Assembly (NCBI GenBank): GCA_963831485.1
Contig: CAWHQE010000001.1
Location: 85,288 to 149,287, forward strand
DNA length: 64,000 bases
Direction of reading: 5' to 3'
DNA from: an uncultured Alphaproteobacteria bacterium
GTDB lineage: Bacteria; Pseudomonadota; Alphaproteobacteria; Sphingomonadales; Sphingomonadaceae
In this document: one piece after another, positions 22,719 to 34,119 of the stretch
Layout: each line of letters starts with the position of its first letter
Position numbering within the stretch: the stretch's first letter is position 1
Program-made: the position numbers and the translations under genes
Notes under the pieces: model-generated
What the model was told of the DNA's origin: nothing
The model's input: the letters and a program-made list of their open reading frames with translations, nothing else
Databases searched by the model: none

Positions 22719-23048
22719 TTGGAAGGCGCGGATTTTCGCGGCTCCGGGGGGTTGGAAAAGCTCCTCAAGGCGGAGCATGCCCAGCTTCCGCCATGGGTGG
22801 CATCGGCGGGATTGCTGCCTGGTTCGGGCTCGATGAGCCGGCGCTGGGGAAGGCGTTCCTCTGCCTTGCCGGCAGGCCGGCGTCGGTTGCCGAACTTCTT
22901 GCAAATTCCCCTCGCAGACGGTTCCGATCTTCTTGCTTTTCGCGCTCATGGAATGGTCGAGGAACATGCGTGTGAAGCTCTTCGGGGTCGTCGCCAGCCT
23001 CATCCTCGTGAACAGCTCGATGATCGACCGAGGTCTCGAGGTCGCTAA
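22719..23048 (+). pseudogene. comEC: Degenerate N-terminal remnant of a ComEC/Rec2 competence protein gene
   Basis: Fragments LEKLLKAEHAQLPPW and GIAAWFGLDEPALGKAFLCLA in different frames resemble the ComEC N-terminus; from recall, comEC lies between gltX and lexA in related genomes. Confidence 0.55.
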
Positions 23049-23064
23049 GGCGGGCTAAGCGAGT

Positions 23065-23715
23065 CTAGTATCGCCGGATGAGCCCGGCGAGGCGGCCCTG
23101 GATGCGGACTCGATCCTCTTCGTAGCGCTGAGGCTCGTAGCGACTGTTCGCGGGGTCCAGCCTGACCATCCGGCCCTCACGGCGATAAGTCTTCAGCGTG
23201 GCTTCCTCGTCGTCGATCAGCGCGACCACAATCTCGCCGTCGCGGGCCGAATCCACTTTCCGGATCAGCGCGAAATCGCCGTCGAGAATGCCTTCATCGA
23301 CCATCGAATCGCCTGAAACCTCGAGTGCGTAATGCTCACCGGGGCCGAGCAGGGCGGCAGGAACGGCGAAGCTTTCGGTGCCCTGCAGCGCCTCGATCGG
23401 CGTGCCGGCGGCGATTCTTCCGTGGAGCGGAATCTCCATCGTATCGTTGGCGACGACAGCAGGCCGGATAGGGGTCAGGATCGCCGGCCTCGGACCATTC
23501 GTCTCTGGCAGCCTCAGGATCTCAAGCGCCCGGGCGCGATTGGGGAGGCGGCGGATGAAACCGCGCTCTTCCAAGGCGGAAATCAGGCGATGGACGCCCG
23601 ACTTGGACTTGAGGTCCAGCGCCTCGCGCATCTCGTCGAAGCTGGGGCTGACCCCATCCTCCCTCAGCCGGCCGTCGATGAAAAGCAGTAGTTCGCGTTG
23701 CTTGGCGGTGAGCAT
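23065..23715 (-). CDS. lexA: SOS repressor LexA
   Basis: PSFDEM...[11 protein letters not shown], cleavage site IAAG, catalytic GDSM and ATLK. Confidence 0.97.
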   Translation of the reverse strand: MLTAKQRELLLFIDGRLREDGVSPSFDEMREALDLKSKSGVHRLISALEERGFIRRLPNRARALEILRLPETNGPRPAILTPIRPAVVANDTMEIPLHGRIAAGTPIEALQGTESFAVPAALLGPGEHYALEVSGDSMVDEGILDGDFALIRKVDSARDGEIVVALIDDEEATLKTYRREGRMVRLDPANSRYEPQRYEEDRVRIQGRLAGLIRRY

Positions 23716-23742
23716 TCGTATGTCCCCGTCATCCCCTGTGTG

Positions 23743-23785
23743 GAACGAACGGAGAACGTGTAGGCAACAAACGCGCTCAGGTCAA
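23743..23785 (-). promoter_or_regulatory. lexA promoter with alphaproteobacterial SOS box
   Basis: GAAC-gaacgga-GAAC at 23743-23757 abuts a minus-strand TTGACC-N17-TACACG promoter. Confidence 0.85.
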
Positions 23786-23795
23786 GCCGTGCGAA

Positions 23796-25730
23796 TCAGC
23801 CCCCGCTGTTGACCATGCGGGACCTGAAGGACTGAATCGCCGCATCGTTGCGCTTGACGCCGAGCTCCTTTCGAATCGCGGCAAGGAACTCCTGTCCGTA
23901 ATCCTGTGAGATGGACTGCTGGAGCTCGTTCTGCATCTGACCGATCAGCGCGGGCTGCGCCATTGCATTGCCCGCCATGATCTTGTCGACCCTGATGATG
24001 AAAAAGCCGCGTCCCTGCGGATCCGGGAACATGCGGCTTTTGCCTTCGCCGAGCGTGAAAAGCATTTTCAGCGGCGGAGGTACGGGGCCCTGCGCCATTG
24101 CGAGCTGAATCCTGCGCGCCGCCAGCGGATGAACCGGCGGAAGCGCTGAGCCGGCTTCCTTCATCGCCTGGGCGAAGGGCGTTCCGTGCTCGACCTTTGC
24201 TTCAATCTGGGCCGCCGCCTGCTTGGCACGGTCGAGCGCCCTCTGGTCGATCCAGTCCTTCGCAACCTGGTCATGCACGCTCGCGAACGGAGCGGGTGCC
24301 GCCGGTACAACCTGTCCTGGCGACACCAGCGCGTAACCCTGATCGTTCGGAAGGGAGACGATCTCGGGTGGATCGTTCGCCTCGAGGTCGAAACCGGTCT
24401 TTAGCGCCGGCGCAAGCTCCGGCGGCAATTTGAAATTGGAATCGGCGCGCGACGTGCCATTTGCGACGATGAGCGGCGTCGTCGTGACCGATAGTTTCGT
24501 CTGAGCGATCGCCTCAGCGAAATTGTTGCCGTTGTCGATCGCGTCCTGGACCTTGTCCACGATGTCCTCGATCGCACCCTTGCGCTTGTCGGCATTTATC
24601 TTTGTGGCAATTTCAGCCTTCGCCTGGTCGAGCGTCTTGCCGCCGATCGTCTTGACCGCGTCGACCTTTGCCACGGCCCAGCCGAAGGTCGACTTCACGG
24701 GGCCGACGACCGCTCCCGATGGTGCTGCGAAGACGGCCCCCGCCGCGTCCTTGCCGACGACGGACGCATAAGCGTCGGTCGATTGATCCTTCAGAGAGGA
24801 GACCGCCGCACTGGCGCCCGCGGCTGCCGCGATCGTAGCGCCGGCCTTTGCCTTGGCGACGATCGCGTATGCAGTCGCCTGGTCCTGGACCAGAGCCTGG
24901 GTGACGTCGCGCGTCTCCTTCGATGCGTAGTCAGCCTTGTGCGTGTTGTAATAGTTGGTGATTTCCTGGTCGGAGGCGGTCACGCCCGCGACCTGTTCCG
25001 GCCCGATGCGGGCAATTCGCAATGCGCGCTGCTCCGGAACCATGTAGCGGCCGCGATTGGCCGAATAATATTGCTGCAGCTCGGCATCGGTCGGGTTCAG
25101 ACCAGCGCGGAACGCCTCGAGCGGTATGGCCGCAACCTGTCCCTCCCGCGATTCGAGCATCATCGCTGCGAAGGGCGTCGCCATGCCAGCCGAGATGCGG
25201 GCATTCGCCGCCACTGGGGTCAGCAAGTAACGTTCAAGAAGGCCACTGGTGAGGACCTCGCGGATCTGGTCGTCGGTCAGGCGTTGCTGAGCGAGAAACG
25301 CCTGGTACGCCTGCTGGCTGAATTGCCCGCCAGGACCCTTGGTTTGCGGCAACTGCGCGATCTCCGCGTCGACGAGGCGCTTCGAAAGCGGGAAGTGGAA
25401 CTTTTGCGAGAAGGCAAGGATCGCCTTTTCGTTGATCAGCTCGTCGAGCAGGGTATCGAGATCGCCGATGATACTGGAGTAATCCGCTTCTGGCTTTTGC
25501 AGCCGAATCTGCTGGAGCCGGCGCTGCATCGCATCGCTCGTCTCCTGCTCGGTTACCTCTTCGCTTCCGACCTTCGCCAGCGTCGAGCGGGTCATGCCGA
25601 AACCGAGATTACCCGAGCCGAAATTGGTGACGCCCGTCGAGGCGAAGCCAATCAGGATGAGAATGAAGAAGATTGCGACGATCGCGGTGCCGACCTTGGT
25701 CTTTTGCAACGCGCGGAGTGAGGAGAGCAT
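23796..25730 (-). CDS. ppiD: PpiD-like periplasmic folding chaperone (SurA N-terminal and rotamase domains)
   Basis: N-terminal TM helix, 644 aa, SGPVKSTFGWAV-like rotamase segment (VGPVKSTFGWAV); divergent from tpiA. Confidence 0.8.
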   Translation of the reverse strand: MLSSLRALQKTKVGTAIVAIFFILILIGFASTGVTNFGSGNLGFGMTRSTLAKVGSEEVTEQETSDAMQRRLQQIRLQKPEADYSSIIGDLDTLLDELINEKAILAFSQKFHFPLSKRLVDAEIAQLPQTKGPGGQFSQQAYQAFLAQQRLTDDQIREVLTSGLLERYLLTPVAANARISAGMATPFAAMMLESREGQVAAIPLEAFRAGLNPTDAELQQYYSANRGRYMVPEQRALRIARIGPEQVAGVTASDQEITNYYNTHKADYASKETRDVTQALVQDQATAYAIVAKAKAGATIAAAAGASAAVSSLKDQSTDAYASVVGKDAAGAVFAAPSGAVVGPVKSTFGWAVAKVDAVKTIGGKTLDQAKAEIATKINADKRKGAIEDIVDKVQDAIDNGNNFAEAIAQTKLSVTTTPLIVANGTSRADSNFKLPPELAPALKTGFDLEANDPPEIVSLPNDQGYALVSPGQVVPAAPAPFASVHDQVAKDWIDQRALDRAKQAAAQIEAKVEHGTPFAQAMKEAGSALPPVHPLAARRIQLAMAQGPVPPPLKMLFTLGEGKSRMFPDPQGRGFFIIRVDKIMAGNAMAQPALIGQMQNELQQSISQDYGQEFLAAIRKELGVKRNDAAIQSFRSRMVNSGG

Positions 25731-25840
25731 GAGGTTCCTAAGGCGAGAAAGGCCAGTTAGGTCGCCGCTTTAGGGGCGAGCCTTGCAGGCATCAAGGCGC
25801 GGCAGCTAGGGGCGCTTCAACTGGGGAGTAACAACCGCAC

Positions 25841-26578
25841 ATGAGAAAACTCGTCGCCGGCAACTGGAAGATGCATGGTCTGTCATCGGACATCGGCGAA
25901 ATCGAAGCGATCGCCGAGGCATCCCTCCACTTCCCCGCGGTAGACGTCGCCTTGTGCGTCCCTGCGATCCTAATCGAGCGCGCAGCGCGGGCCGTTCCGG
26001 GCTTCGCGATCGGGGGGCAGGATGTCCACCAAGCGGACAAGGGAGCACACACAGGCTGTACCTCGGCGCAAATGCTGGTCGATGCCGGCGCGGTTCTGAC
26101 CATCGTCGGTCATTCCGAACGCCGCGAGGCACAGCGCGAGAGCGACGCGGAGATCAAGGCAAAGGCCGAGGCTGCGCTCGGCTGCTGCCTCGGCGTCATT
26201 CTCTGCGTCGGCGAAATCCTCGAAGTGCGAGAGGAGGGCGGGGCCGTGGAAACAGTCGTTTCTCAGCTCGACGGATCACTGCCTGATTCTACGGAAGCAA
26301 GGCTGGCGATTGCCTACGAGCCGGTCTGGGCGATCGGCACCGGCAAGATCCCGACCACTGCGGATATTGGCGAAATGCATGCGGCGATCCGTCGGCGCCT
26401 CGTCGAGCGCTATGGCGAGGAAGGTTCCGACATCCGTATCCTCTATGGCGGCTCCGTGAAAGCATCCAATGCGGCCGAGATATTTGCCGTTGTAGATGTC
26501 GACGGTGCGCTCGTCGGCGGTGCGAGCCTCAAGGCTGCGGATTTCATGCCGATTGTCGCAGCGGCCGCTGCGATCTGA
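25841..26578 (+). CDS. tpiA: Triosephosphate isomerase
   Basis: AGNWKM, GHSERR, AYEPVWAIGTG and LVGGASL motifs. Confidence 0.98.
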   Translation: MRKLVAGNWKMHGLSSDIGEIEAIAEASLHFPAVDVALCVPAILIERAARAVPGFAIGGQDVHQADKGAHTGCTSAQMLVDAGAVLTIVGHSERREAQRESDAEIKAKAEAALGCCLGVILCVGEILEVREEGGAVETVVSQLDGSLPDSTEARLAIAYEPVWAIGTGKIPTTADIGEMHAAIRRRLVERYGEEGSDIRILYGGSVKASNAAEIFAVVDVDGALVGGASLKAADFMPIVAAAAAI

Positions 26579-26644
26579 GCGGCCATTCAGTTCACAATCA
26601 GGCGCGTTGTGATTATGCAAATCCCATCAAAAGATAAGGAAGGG

Positions 26645-27199
26645 ATGAGAAGCAACTCTTTGTAGGGACGCTTACCGCGGTCGGGCTATTCGTTGCAGCA
26701 CCGGCTGTCGCGCAGGCACAGGCGGAGATCACCGTTGGCATGCAGGCGACGGACGCAATCGGCGGGGCGGTGGGTACCGTCAGCGCCATCAAGGGCGACA
26801 ATCTCGTCAAGGCCGACAAGCACGAAGCGCAAATTCCTCGGGCCAGCTTCCCCGTGTCCAGCGGCAAGTTGCTGTTCGGAATGACGCAGGCACAGCTCGA
26901 CGCCCAGATCGAGGAGGCTTCTGCGGCAGGGAATGCAGCGATCGTCGCCGGAGCGAAAGTGAAAGGCACTGCCGGGGCGGCGGTCGGAACAATCAAGTCA
27001 GTCGCCCATCGCAAGGTCACGATTGCTCTCGAGGACGGCACGAAGATGCCGTTCCGCAGATGGGGCTGCGCGGCAATGCCGACGGGACCGTCACCATTGG
27101 CTACACGGCGGCTCAGCTCGAAGGCAAGTTCAGGGCCCCGGAGCTTACACGGATCCGCAAGCGACGGAAGCAGCCACGACGAACACCTCGGGCAAGTAA
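26645..27199 (+). pseudogene. Secreted protein with two internal repeats, broken by about three indels
   Basis: ATG 26645 is out of frame with the signal peptide QLFVGTLTAVGLFVAAPAVA; further shifts near 27047 and 27123; repeats end GMTQAQLDA and GYTAAQLE. Confidence 0.6.
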
Positions 27200-27266
27200 C
27201 TCCGGTTGAAAGGCGGCGCGGCGCCGACTAAGTGCCGCGGCGCCCGTCCATTCCTGAAAGTCCGAA

Positions 27267-27656
27267 ATGTTTGCATTCCTTCTGATCGTCCAAACGCTGA
27301 TTGCGGTGTCGCTTATCGCTGTCATCCTGATGCAGCGCTCCGAAGGAGGCGGCCTTGGCGTTGGTGGAAGCTCGTCGGGCTTCATGACCGCGCGCGGCGC
27401 GGCGGACTTTCTCACCCGCTCGACGGCGGTCCTGGGCGGGCTCTTCATCGTACTTTCGATCGTCATGGCGGCAATTGCGGGCGCGAGCCGGCAGCCGAGC
27501 AAGATCGACACCTCGCTTGCCAATGCCGCGGCGCCGCTCTCGCAACCGACGTCGGCACCTCCAGCGGCGCAGCAGCAGCAGCAACAAACGCCGGGCAACG
27601 CTGCGAGCAATTCCGCGCAAAACCAGCAGGCGCCGACCGTTCCACTCGCCCAATAA
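27267..27656 (+). CDS. secG: Preprotein translocase subunit SecG
   Basis: ILMQRSEGGGLG...RGAADFLTRST motif; lies between tpiA and pyrG. Confidence 0.95.
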   Translation: MFAFLLIVQTLIAVSLIAVILMQRSEGGGLGVGGSSSGFMTARGAADFLTRSTAVLGGLFIVLSIVMAAIAGASRQPSKIDTSLANAAAPLSQPTSAPPAAQQQQQQTPGNAASNSAQNQQAPTVPLAQ

Positions 27657-27714
27657 GCTTCATCCCCGAAAAAATTTCGATCGGCGCTTGCGTCGGCGGC
27701 GCTTGTCCCCCTAA

Positions 27715-29361
<1,647 letters not shown>

Positions 29362-29376
29362 TCGGCATTTGATCGC

Positions 29377-29401
29377 GGAACAGGGTCCCGTGTGGACCGT
29401 T
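29377..29401 (+). promoter_or_regulatory. EcfG/sigmaT-type promoter GGAAC-N16-CGTT
   Basis: Exact match to the general stress response consensus, 41 nt before the ATG at 29443. Confidence 0.7.
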
Positions 29402-29442
29402 ACGCGTCCGTTCCGCGATTCTATTAAAGAGGAAAGCCGCTC

Positions 29443-29592
29443 ATGCTCCTGACCATCGCCATCATCCTGCTCATTCTTTGGGCACTGGGCTTTTTCGCCT
29501 TCCATGTGGCCGGAAGCCTCATTCACCTCCTGCTGATCATCGGCATCATCGTTCTCATCTGGAATTTTGTCGCCGGCCGCCGGACCGTCTAG
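29443..29592 (+). CDS. 49-aa lmo0937-family (DUF5670-like) two-helix membrane protein; not in the ORF track
   Basis: MLLTIAIILLILWALGFFAFHVAGSLIHLLLIIGIIVLIWNFVAGRRTV*; SD AGAGGA upstream. Confidence 0.85.
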   Translation: MLLTIAIILLILWALGFFAFHVAGSLIHLLLIIGIIVLIWNFVAGRRTV

Positions 29593-29645
29593 GCGCGAAA
29601 TCTTCGCCGTTGCCGGGCGGGTGAGGGCACCCTAAATCCCGCCCG

Positions 29646-30611
29646 ATGACTAACAGCATTTCGACGCGCGTGGCCGTGCTTGGCTCGGGCCCGGCGGGCC
29701 TTACCGCCGCCATCTACGCCGCGCGCGCCGGCCTCTCTCCGATCGTCATCCAGGGCATCCAGCCCGGTGGACAGCTCACCACGACGACGGACGTCGAGAA
29801 TTATCCCGGTTTCCGCGAGGTCATCCAGGGCCCTTGGCTCGTCGAGGAGATGCAGGCCCAGGCGGAGCATGTCGGCACCAAGGTCGTTTGGGACCACATT
29901 ACCGACGTCGACCTCTCCCGCCGCCCGTTCCGACTCAACGGCGACGGTGGAGCCCAATATTTCGCAGACGCGCTCGTGATCGCGACTGGAGCGCAAGCGA
30001 AATGGCTCAACATGCCTTCTGAGGAACATATGAAGGGCAGGGGCGCATCGGCCTGCGCGACGTGCGACGGCTTCTTCTATCGCGGCAAGAAGGTGGCGGT
30101 GATCGGCGGCGGCAATACCGCGGTCGAGGAAGCGTTGTACATGACGAACCACAGCCACGACGTCACGCTGATCCACCGCCGCGACACGCTGCGCGCGGAG
30201 AAGATCCTGCAGGACCGGCTCTTCGCCAACCCGCACATCAACGTGATCTGGGACAGCGAGGTCGTCGAGTTCGTCGGCGGCGGCGACCCCGAGGCTCTTG
30301 TCGGCCTCGACATCCGCAACAAGCGCACCGGCGAGACCAGCCGGGTCGAGGTCGAAGGAGCGTTCGTCGCGATTGGCCACCTGCCCGCGACGGAGCTCTT
30401 CGCGGGCAAGCTGGAGCTCGACAGCGACGGCTACATCATCGTCGAGCAGGGAACGACCAAGACCAGCGTGCCCGGCGTGTTTGCCTGCGGCGACGTGATG
30501 GACAAGATCTACCGCCAGGCGGTCACCGCTGCCGGCACCGGCTGCATGGCCGCGCTCGATGCCGAGAAATATCTAGCGGCGCAGGAATTCGAAGCGCTCG
30601 CTGCCGAGTAA
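29646..30611 (+). CDS. trxB: Thioredoxin-disulfide reductase
   Basis: GSGPAG, redox motif CATCDG, GGGNTA and FACGDV. Confidence 0.97.
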   Translation: MTNSISTRVAVLGSGPAGLTAAIYAARAGLSPIVIQGIQPGGQLTTTTDVENYPGFREVIQGPWLVEEMQAQAEHVGTKVVWDHITDVDLSRRPFRLNGDGGAQYFADALVIATGAQAKWLNMPSEEHMKGRGASACATCDGFFYRGKKVAVIGGGNTAVEEALYMTNHSHDVTLIHRRDTLRAEKILQDRLFANPHINVIWDSEVVEFVGGGDPEALVGLDIRNKRTGETSRVEVEGAFVAIGHLPATELFAGKLELDSDGYIIVEQGTTKTSVPGVFACGDVMDKIYRQAVTAAGTGCMAALDAEKYLAAQEFEALAAE

Positions 30612-30614
30612 GTC

Positions 30615-31355
30615 CTAAGGGTAAATTGCCTCGACGAAGTAGAGGCCATGCGGAGGCGCATTGAATCCGAGCGCTGCCCGATCCCGAGCCTCCAATGCTT
30701 TCGCCATATCGCCCGGCTGCCACTGACCGCGCCCGACCACGGTCAGGCAACCGACCATGGAGCGCACCTGGTGATGAAGGAAGCTTCTCGCCGCGGCTCT
30801 AACGTGGATTTCTTCGCCCGCGCGCCTGACGTCGAGCGCATCGAGAGTCTTCACCGGGCTGTCTGATTGGCACTGGGCTGAGCGGAAAGTCGTAAAATCG
30901 TGGCGGCCGACGAGGTGCTTCGCGCCTTCGACCATCGAGTCGGCGTCGAGGGGGACGGCAATATGCCAGACCCGACCCCCATCCAGGGCAGTCGGCGCCC
31001 TGCGATTCAGGATGCGGTAGAGATATCGCCGACCAACGCACGAGAAGCGCGCATGCCAATCCTCAGCCACCTCGGCGGCCTCAAGCACGGACACCGGTTG
31101 CGGCCGCACCAACGCGTTCAATCCCTCTCGCAAACGGTGCGGCGTGAGTGACTTCATGACGTCAACATGCGCGGCCATCGCGAGGGCGTGAACGCCCGCG
31201 TCCGTGCGACCCGCAGCGGTGAACTGCGCCTGCTCTCCAGTCATCCGCTCTAGCGCTTCCTCGAGCGTCTGCTGGACCGACGGCCCATGATCCTGGCGTT
31301 GCCAGCCCATAAACGGCCCACCGTCATATTCGATCGTCAACCGCCAGCGGGTCAT
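30615..31355 (-). CDS. truA: tRNA pseudouridine(38-40) synthase
   Basis: [21 protein letters not shown] and FLHHQVR motifs. Confidence 0.96.
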   Translation of the reverse strand: MTRWRLTIEYDGGPFMGWQRQDHGPSVQQTLEEALERMTGEQAQFTAAGRTDAGVHALAMAAHVDVMKSLTPHRLREGLNALVRPQPVSVLEAAEVAEDWHARFSCVGRRYLYRILNRRAPTALDGGRVWHIAVPLDADSMVEGAKHLVGRHDFTTFRSAQCQSDSPVKTLDALDVRRAGEEIHVRAAARSFLHHQVRSMVGCLTVVGRGQWQPGDMAKALEARDRAALGFNAPPHGLYFVEAIYP

Positions 31356-32317
31356 CAAGCCAAGCGACCATTAGGATTGAGCTGCGCGCCCTCCGGTATC
31401 GGAAACCCGCGAAGCAATTCATCGACCTGCATGCGCGATTTGCCGGGGCGCTGGACAACAATGGCACGAATAGCTCGCTCCCCGCAGGCAATTTTAAGGC
31501 GATTGTCAGCGACCATGCCGGCCGGACCGCTTCCAGGGAGCACCTCGGCTTCCCACACCTTAATTCGCTCGCCCATGAACTCGAACCAGGCGCCGGGCAC
31601 GGGGTTGAAGGCCCGAACCTGACGTTCGACCTCATACGCGTCCCGGATGAAGTCTAGTTGAGCCTCGGCTTTGTCGACTTTTTGCGCGTAGGTCACGCCT
31701 TCCGAGGGCTGAGAAATCGGAGGAAAATTCTGGGGCTCTGCAAGGTAATGCCAAAGCGCCTGTGCGCCACGTTCAGCAAGCTCTTCAGTGAGCTGGCCGG
31801 CAGTCTTTCCATCGATTTCCACTTGCCATTCGAGCAGCGTTGGTCCGGTATCCAGACCCTCATCCATTTGCATCAGCGTGATACCGGTGTCCTTGTCGCC
31901 TCCAAGAATGGCCCGCTGGATCGGTGCCGCTCCACGCCAGCGGGGAAGTAGAGAAGCATGAACATTGATGCAGCCTAGGCGCGGTGCTTCAAGAATGGGC
32001 TTGGGTAGGATCAGTCCGTAGGCAGCGACAACAGCCAGATCAGCGTCGAGCTCACGAAAGCGAGCCTGCTCCTCGTCATTCCTAAGTGACCTTGGCGTTC
32101 GCACCTCGATCCCGAGTTCTCCGGCCCGTCGATGAACCGCGGTCTTCTGATCCCCCTTTCCGCGTCCAGCCGGCCGTGGTGGTTGAGTATAGACGGCCAA
32201 GATTTGATGCTTGGCCTCAATTAGCGAGTTTAGGGCTGGCACGGCAAAGTCTGGCGAGCCCATGAAAATGATCCTGATTGGCTTGGGCGGCGGAATATGC
32301 CGGATCGTAACTGCCAT
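31355..32317 (-). CDS. fmt: Methionyl-tRNA formyltransferase
   Basis: [29 protein letters not shown] and GLDTGP motifs. Confidence 0.96.
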   Translation of the reverse strand: MAVTIRHIPPPKPIRIIFMGSPDFAVPALNSLIEAKHQILAVYTQPPRPAGRGKGDQKTAVHRRAGELGIEVRTPRSLRNDEEQARFRELDADLAVVAAYGLILPKPILEAPRLGCINVHASLLPRWRGAAPIQRAILGGDKDTGITLMQMDEGLDTGPTLLEWQVEIDGKTAGQLTEELAERGAQALWHYLAEPQNFPPISQPSEGVTYAQKVDKAEAQLDFIRDAYEVERQVRAFNPVPGAWFEFMGERIKVWEAEVLPGSGPAGMVADNRLKIACGERAIRAIVVQRPGKSRMQVDELLRGFPIPEGAQLNPNGRLA

Positions 32318-32391
32318 CGAATTCGCTTCGCCTCGAAATTGCTATTTGCCACTGACTTGCTCCGCCTCACGAAGCAATCCATTGCATCGCT

Positions 32392-32988
32392 ATGGCATCC
32401 CAGGAGATAGAAGCGCTCAGCCAAGCGCTCGCGCGGCTGCCGGGGCTGGGCCCTCGGTCGGCGCGCCGGGCCGTGCTTCACCTCATGAAGAAGCGCGAGA
32501 CCGCGCTGCAGCCGCTTCTCGCAGCTCTTCAGAATGTCGTCGACAAGCTCTCGACCTGCTCGGTCTGCGGCAATGTCGACACGTCGGACCCATGTTCGAT
32601 CTGCCGCGACCCGCGCCGCGACGAGAAGATGCTCTGCGTGGTCGAGGAGGTCGCCGACTTGTGGGCGCTTGACCGTTCGCGGCTCTTTCCGGGACGATAC
32701 CACGTGCTCGGCGGTCGCCTCTCGGCACTTGAGGGAGTCGGGCCAGAAGATTTGACTATCGATCAGCTCGTCAGGCGTGTCTCAGAAGGCGGCATCGACG
32801 AGGTGGTCCTTGCGATGAACGCGACCTTGGAAGGCCAGACCACGGCGCATTATGTCGCCGAGCGCCTGGAGAGTTTTCCAATCCGTCTCAGCCAGTTGGC
32901 ACACGGACTTCCTGTAGGCGGTGAACTCGACTATCTCGACGAAGGCACGCTCGCGCAGGCACTCCGCGCCCGCCGTCCGATTTCTTGA
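32392..32988 (+). CDS. recR: Recombination mediator RecR
   Basis: [12 protein letters not shown]4 zinc finger, LAMNATLEG toprim segment. Confidence 0.97.
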   Translation: MASQEIEALSQALARLPGLGPRSARRAVLHLMKKRETALQPLLAALQNVVDKLSTCSVCGNVDTSDPCSICRDPRRDEKMLCVVEEVADLWALDRSRLFPGRYHVLGGRLSALEGVGPEDLTIDQLVRRVSEGGIDEVVLAMNATLEGQTTAHYVAERLESFPIRLSQLAHGLPVGGELDYLDEGTLAQALRARRPIS

Positions 32989-33019
32989 ACCGCTTCAGTT
33001 GAAAGACTAAATTCACTCC

Positions 33020-33568
33020 ATGGCCATTCGCCGCATCTATGAAACGCCCGATCCGGTCCTCCGGCAGATTTCCAAGCCGGTGGAGACGTTCGACGACGAT
33101 CTGAAGACGCTCGTCTCCGACATGTTCGAGACGATGTACGACGCGCCCGGCATCGGCCTGGCCGCGGTCCAGGTCGGCGAGCCGATCCGCCTCCTCGTCA
33201 TCGACCTCCAGGAACCCGAGAATCCAGAGGATCCCGAGAGCCAGAACGTCAAGGACCCGAGGGTCTTCATCAACCCCGAGATCCTGTGGCACTCCGATCA
33301 CGCCGTGCCCTACACCGAAGGCTGCCTCTCGGTGCCCGAGCAATATGCCGAGGTGATGCGCCCCGATAAGATCCGCGCCCGCTGGCAGGACGTGGGCGGC
33401 AAGACCTATGAGGAAGAGATCGAAGGACTTCTAGCGGTCTGCCTCCAGCACGAGATGGACCATTTGAACGGCGTGCTGTTCATCGACCACCTCTCCCGCC
33501 TCAAGCGCGACATGGTACTAAAGAAGCTCTCCAAGTGGCGGAAAGAGCAACAGAAAAAAGCTGCTTGA
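33020..33568 (+). CDS. def: Peptide deformylase
   Basis: [13 protein letters not shown] and QHEMDH motifs. Confidence 0.97.
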   Translation: MAIRRIYETPDPVLRQISKPVETFDDDLKTLVSDMFETMYDAPGIGLAAVQVGEPIRLLVIDLQEPENPEDPESQNVKDPRVFINPEILWHSDHAVPYTEGCLSVPEQYAEVMRPDKIRARWQDVGGKTYEEEIEGLLAVCLQHEMDHLNGVLFIDHLSRLKRDMVLKKLSKWRKEQQKKAA

Positions 33569-33613
33569 TCGCAGTCCTCATCTGAACCTTCGCGAGTGCA
33601 GGCGGACGGACTC

Positions 33614-34012
33614 TCAAGCCAGCTCCATCACCGATTCCGCTGCGACCCGGCAATCAGCAGCGCATTCCCGGCACATCTGTGCGCAGAGTTTGCAATGTGC
33701 GTGGTCGTGCTTCTCGCATTCCGCCGCGCACTCGTCACAGACCCTCGCGCACAGCTCGAGCATTTCCCTGAGCACCTGCTCGTTCGATCCGGTCCGGCGG
33801 ACCGCCAGCTTGCCGGTCGCCTCGCACACGTCCGAGCAGTCGAGGCAAATTCGGATGCACTGGCTCATGTCCATCTTCTCCGCCGCGCAGGCATCGGCGC
33901 AGCTGAGGCACATCCTCGCGCAATACATCAGGTGGTGGGCCGCATCGCCGAGCGGCTGGTTGACGTGGCCGCCGACGTCCGGATGGAGCGAGATCATCTT
34001 GCGGATGGACAT
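33614..34012 (-). CDS. Cys-rich four-helix-bundle copper storage protein (Csp3/DUF326-like)
   Basis: 132 aa from ATG 34012 (SD GAGGAG); 17 Cys in CxxC/CxxxC arrays; no signal peptide. Confidence 0.85.
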   Translation of the reverse strand: MSIRKMISLHPDVGGHVNQPLGDAAHHLMYCARMCLSCADACAAEKMDMSQCIRICLDCSDVCEATGKLAVRRTGSNEQVLREMLELCARVCDECAAECEKHDHAHCKLCAQMCRECAADCRVAAESVMELA

Positions 34013-34061
34013 GTCATTCTCCTCATCAGAGCAAAGTTGTGGATAGCCCATGACGTTCCCC

Positions 34062-34103
34062 TTGAGCAGGAGCAACAAGGACTTTATTGTTCCCATTCTG
34101 TTC
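34062..34103 (+). promoter_or_regulatory. rmuC promoter with perfect SOS box
   Basis: TTGAGC-N17-TATTGT with GTTC-ccattct-GTTC (34089-34103) overlapping the -10. Confidence 0.8.
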
Positions 34104-34119
34104 CGGGGGAGTCACGGTC

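Noticed and set aside
34013-34119. EcfG promoter for the Csp3-like gene
   Set aside because: Three minus-strand GGAAC occur, but none has CGTT or GTT at the correct spacing.
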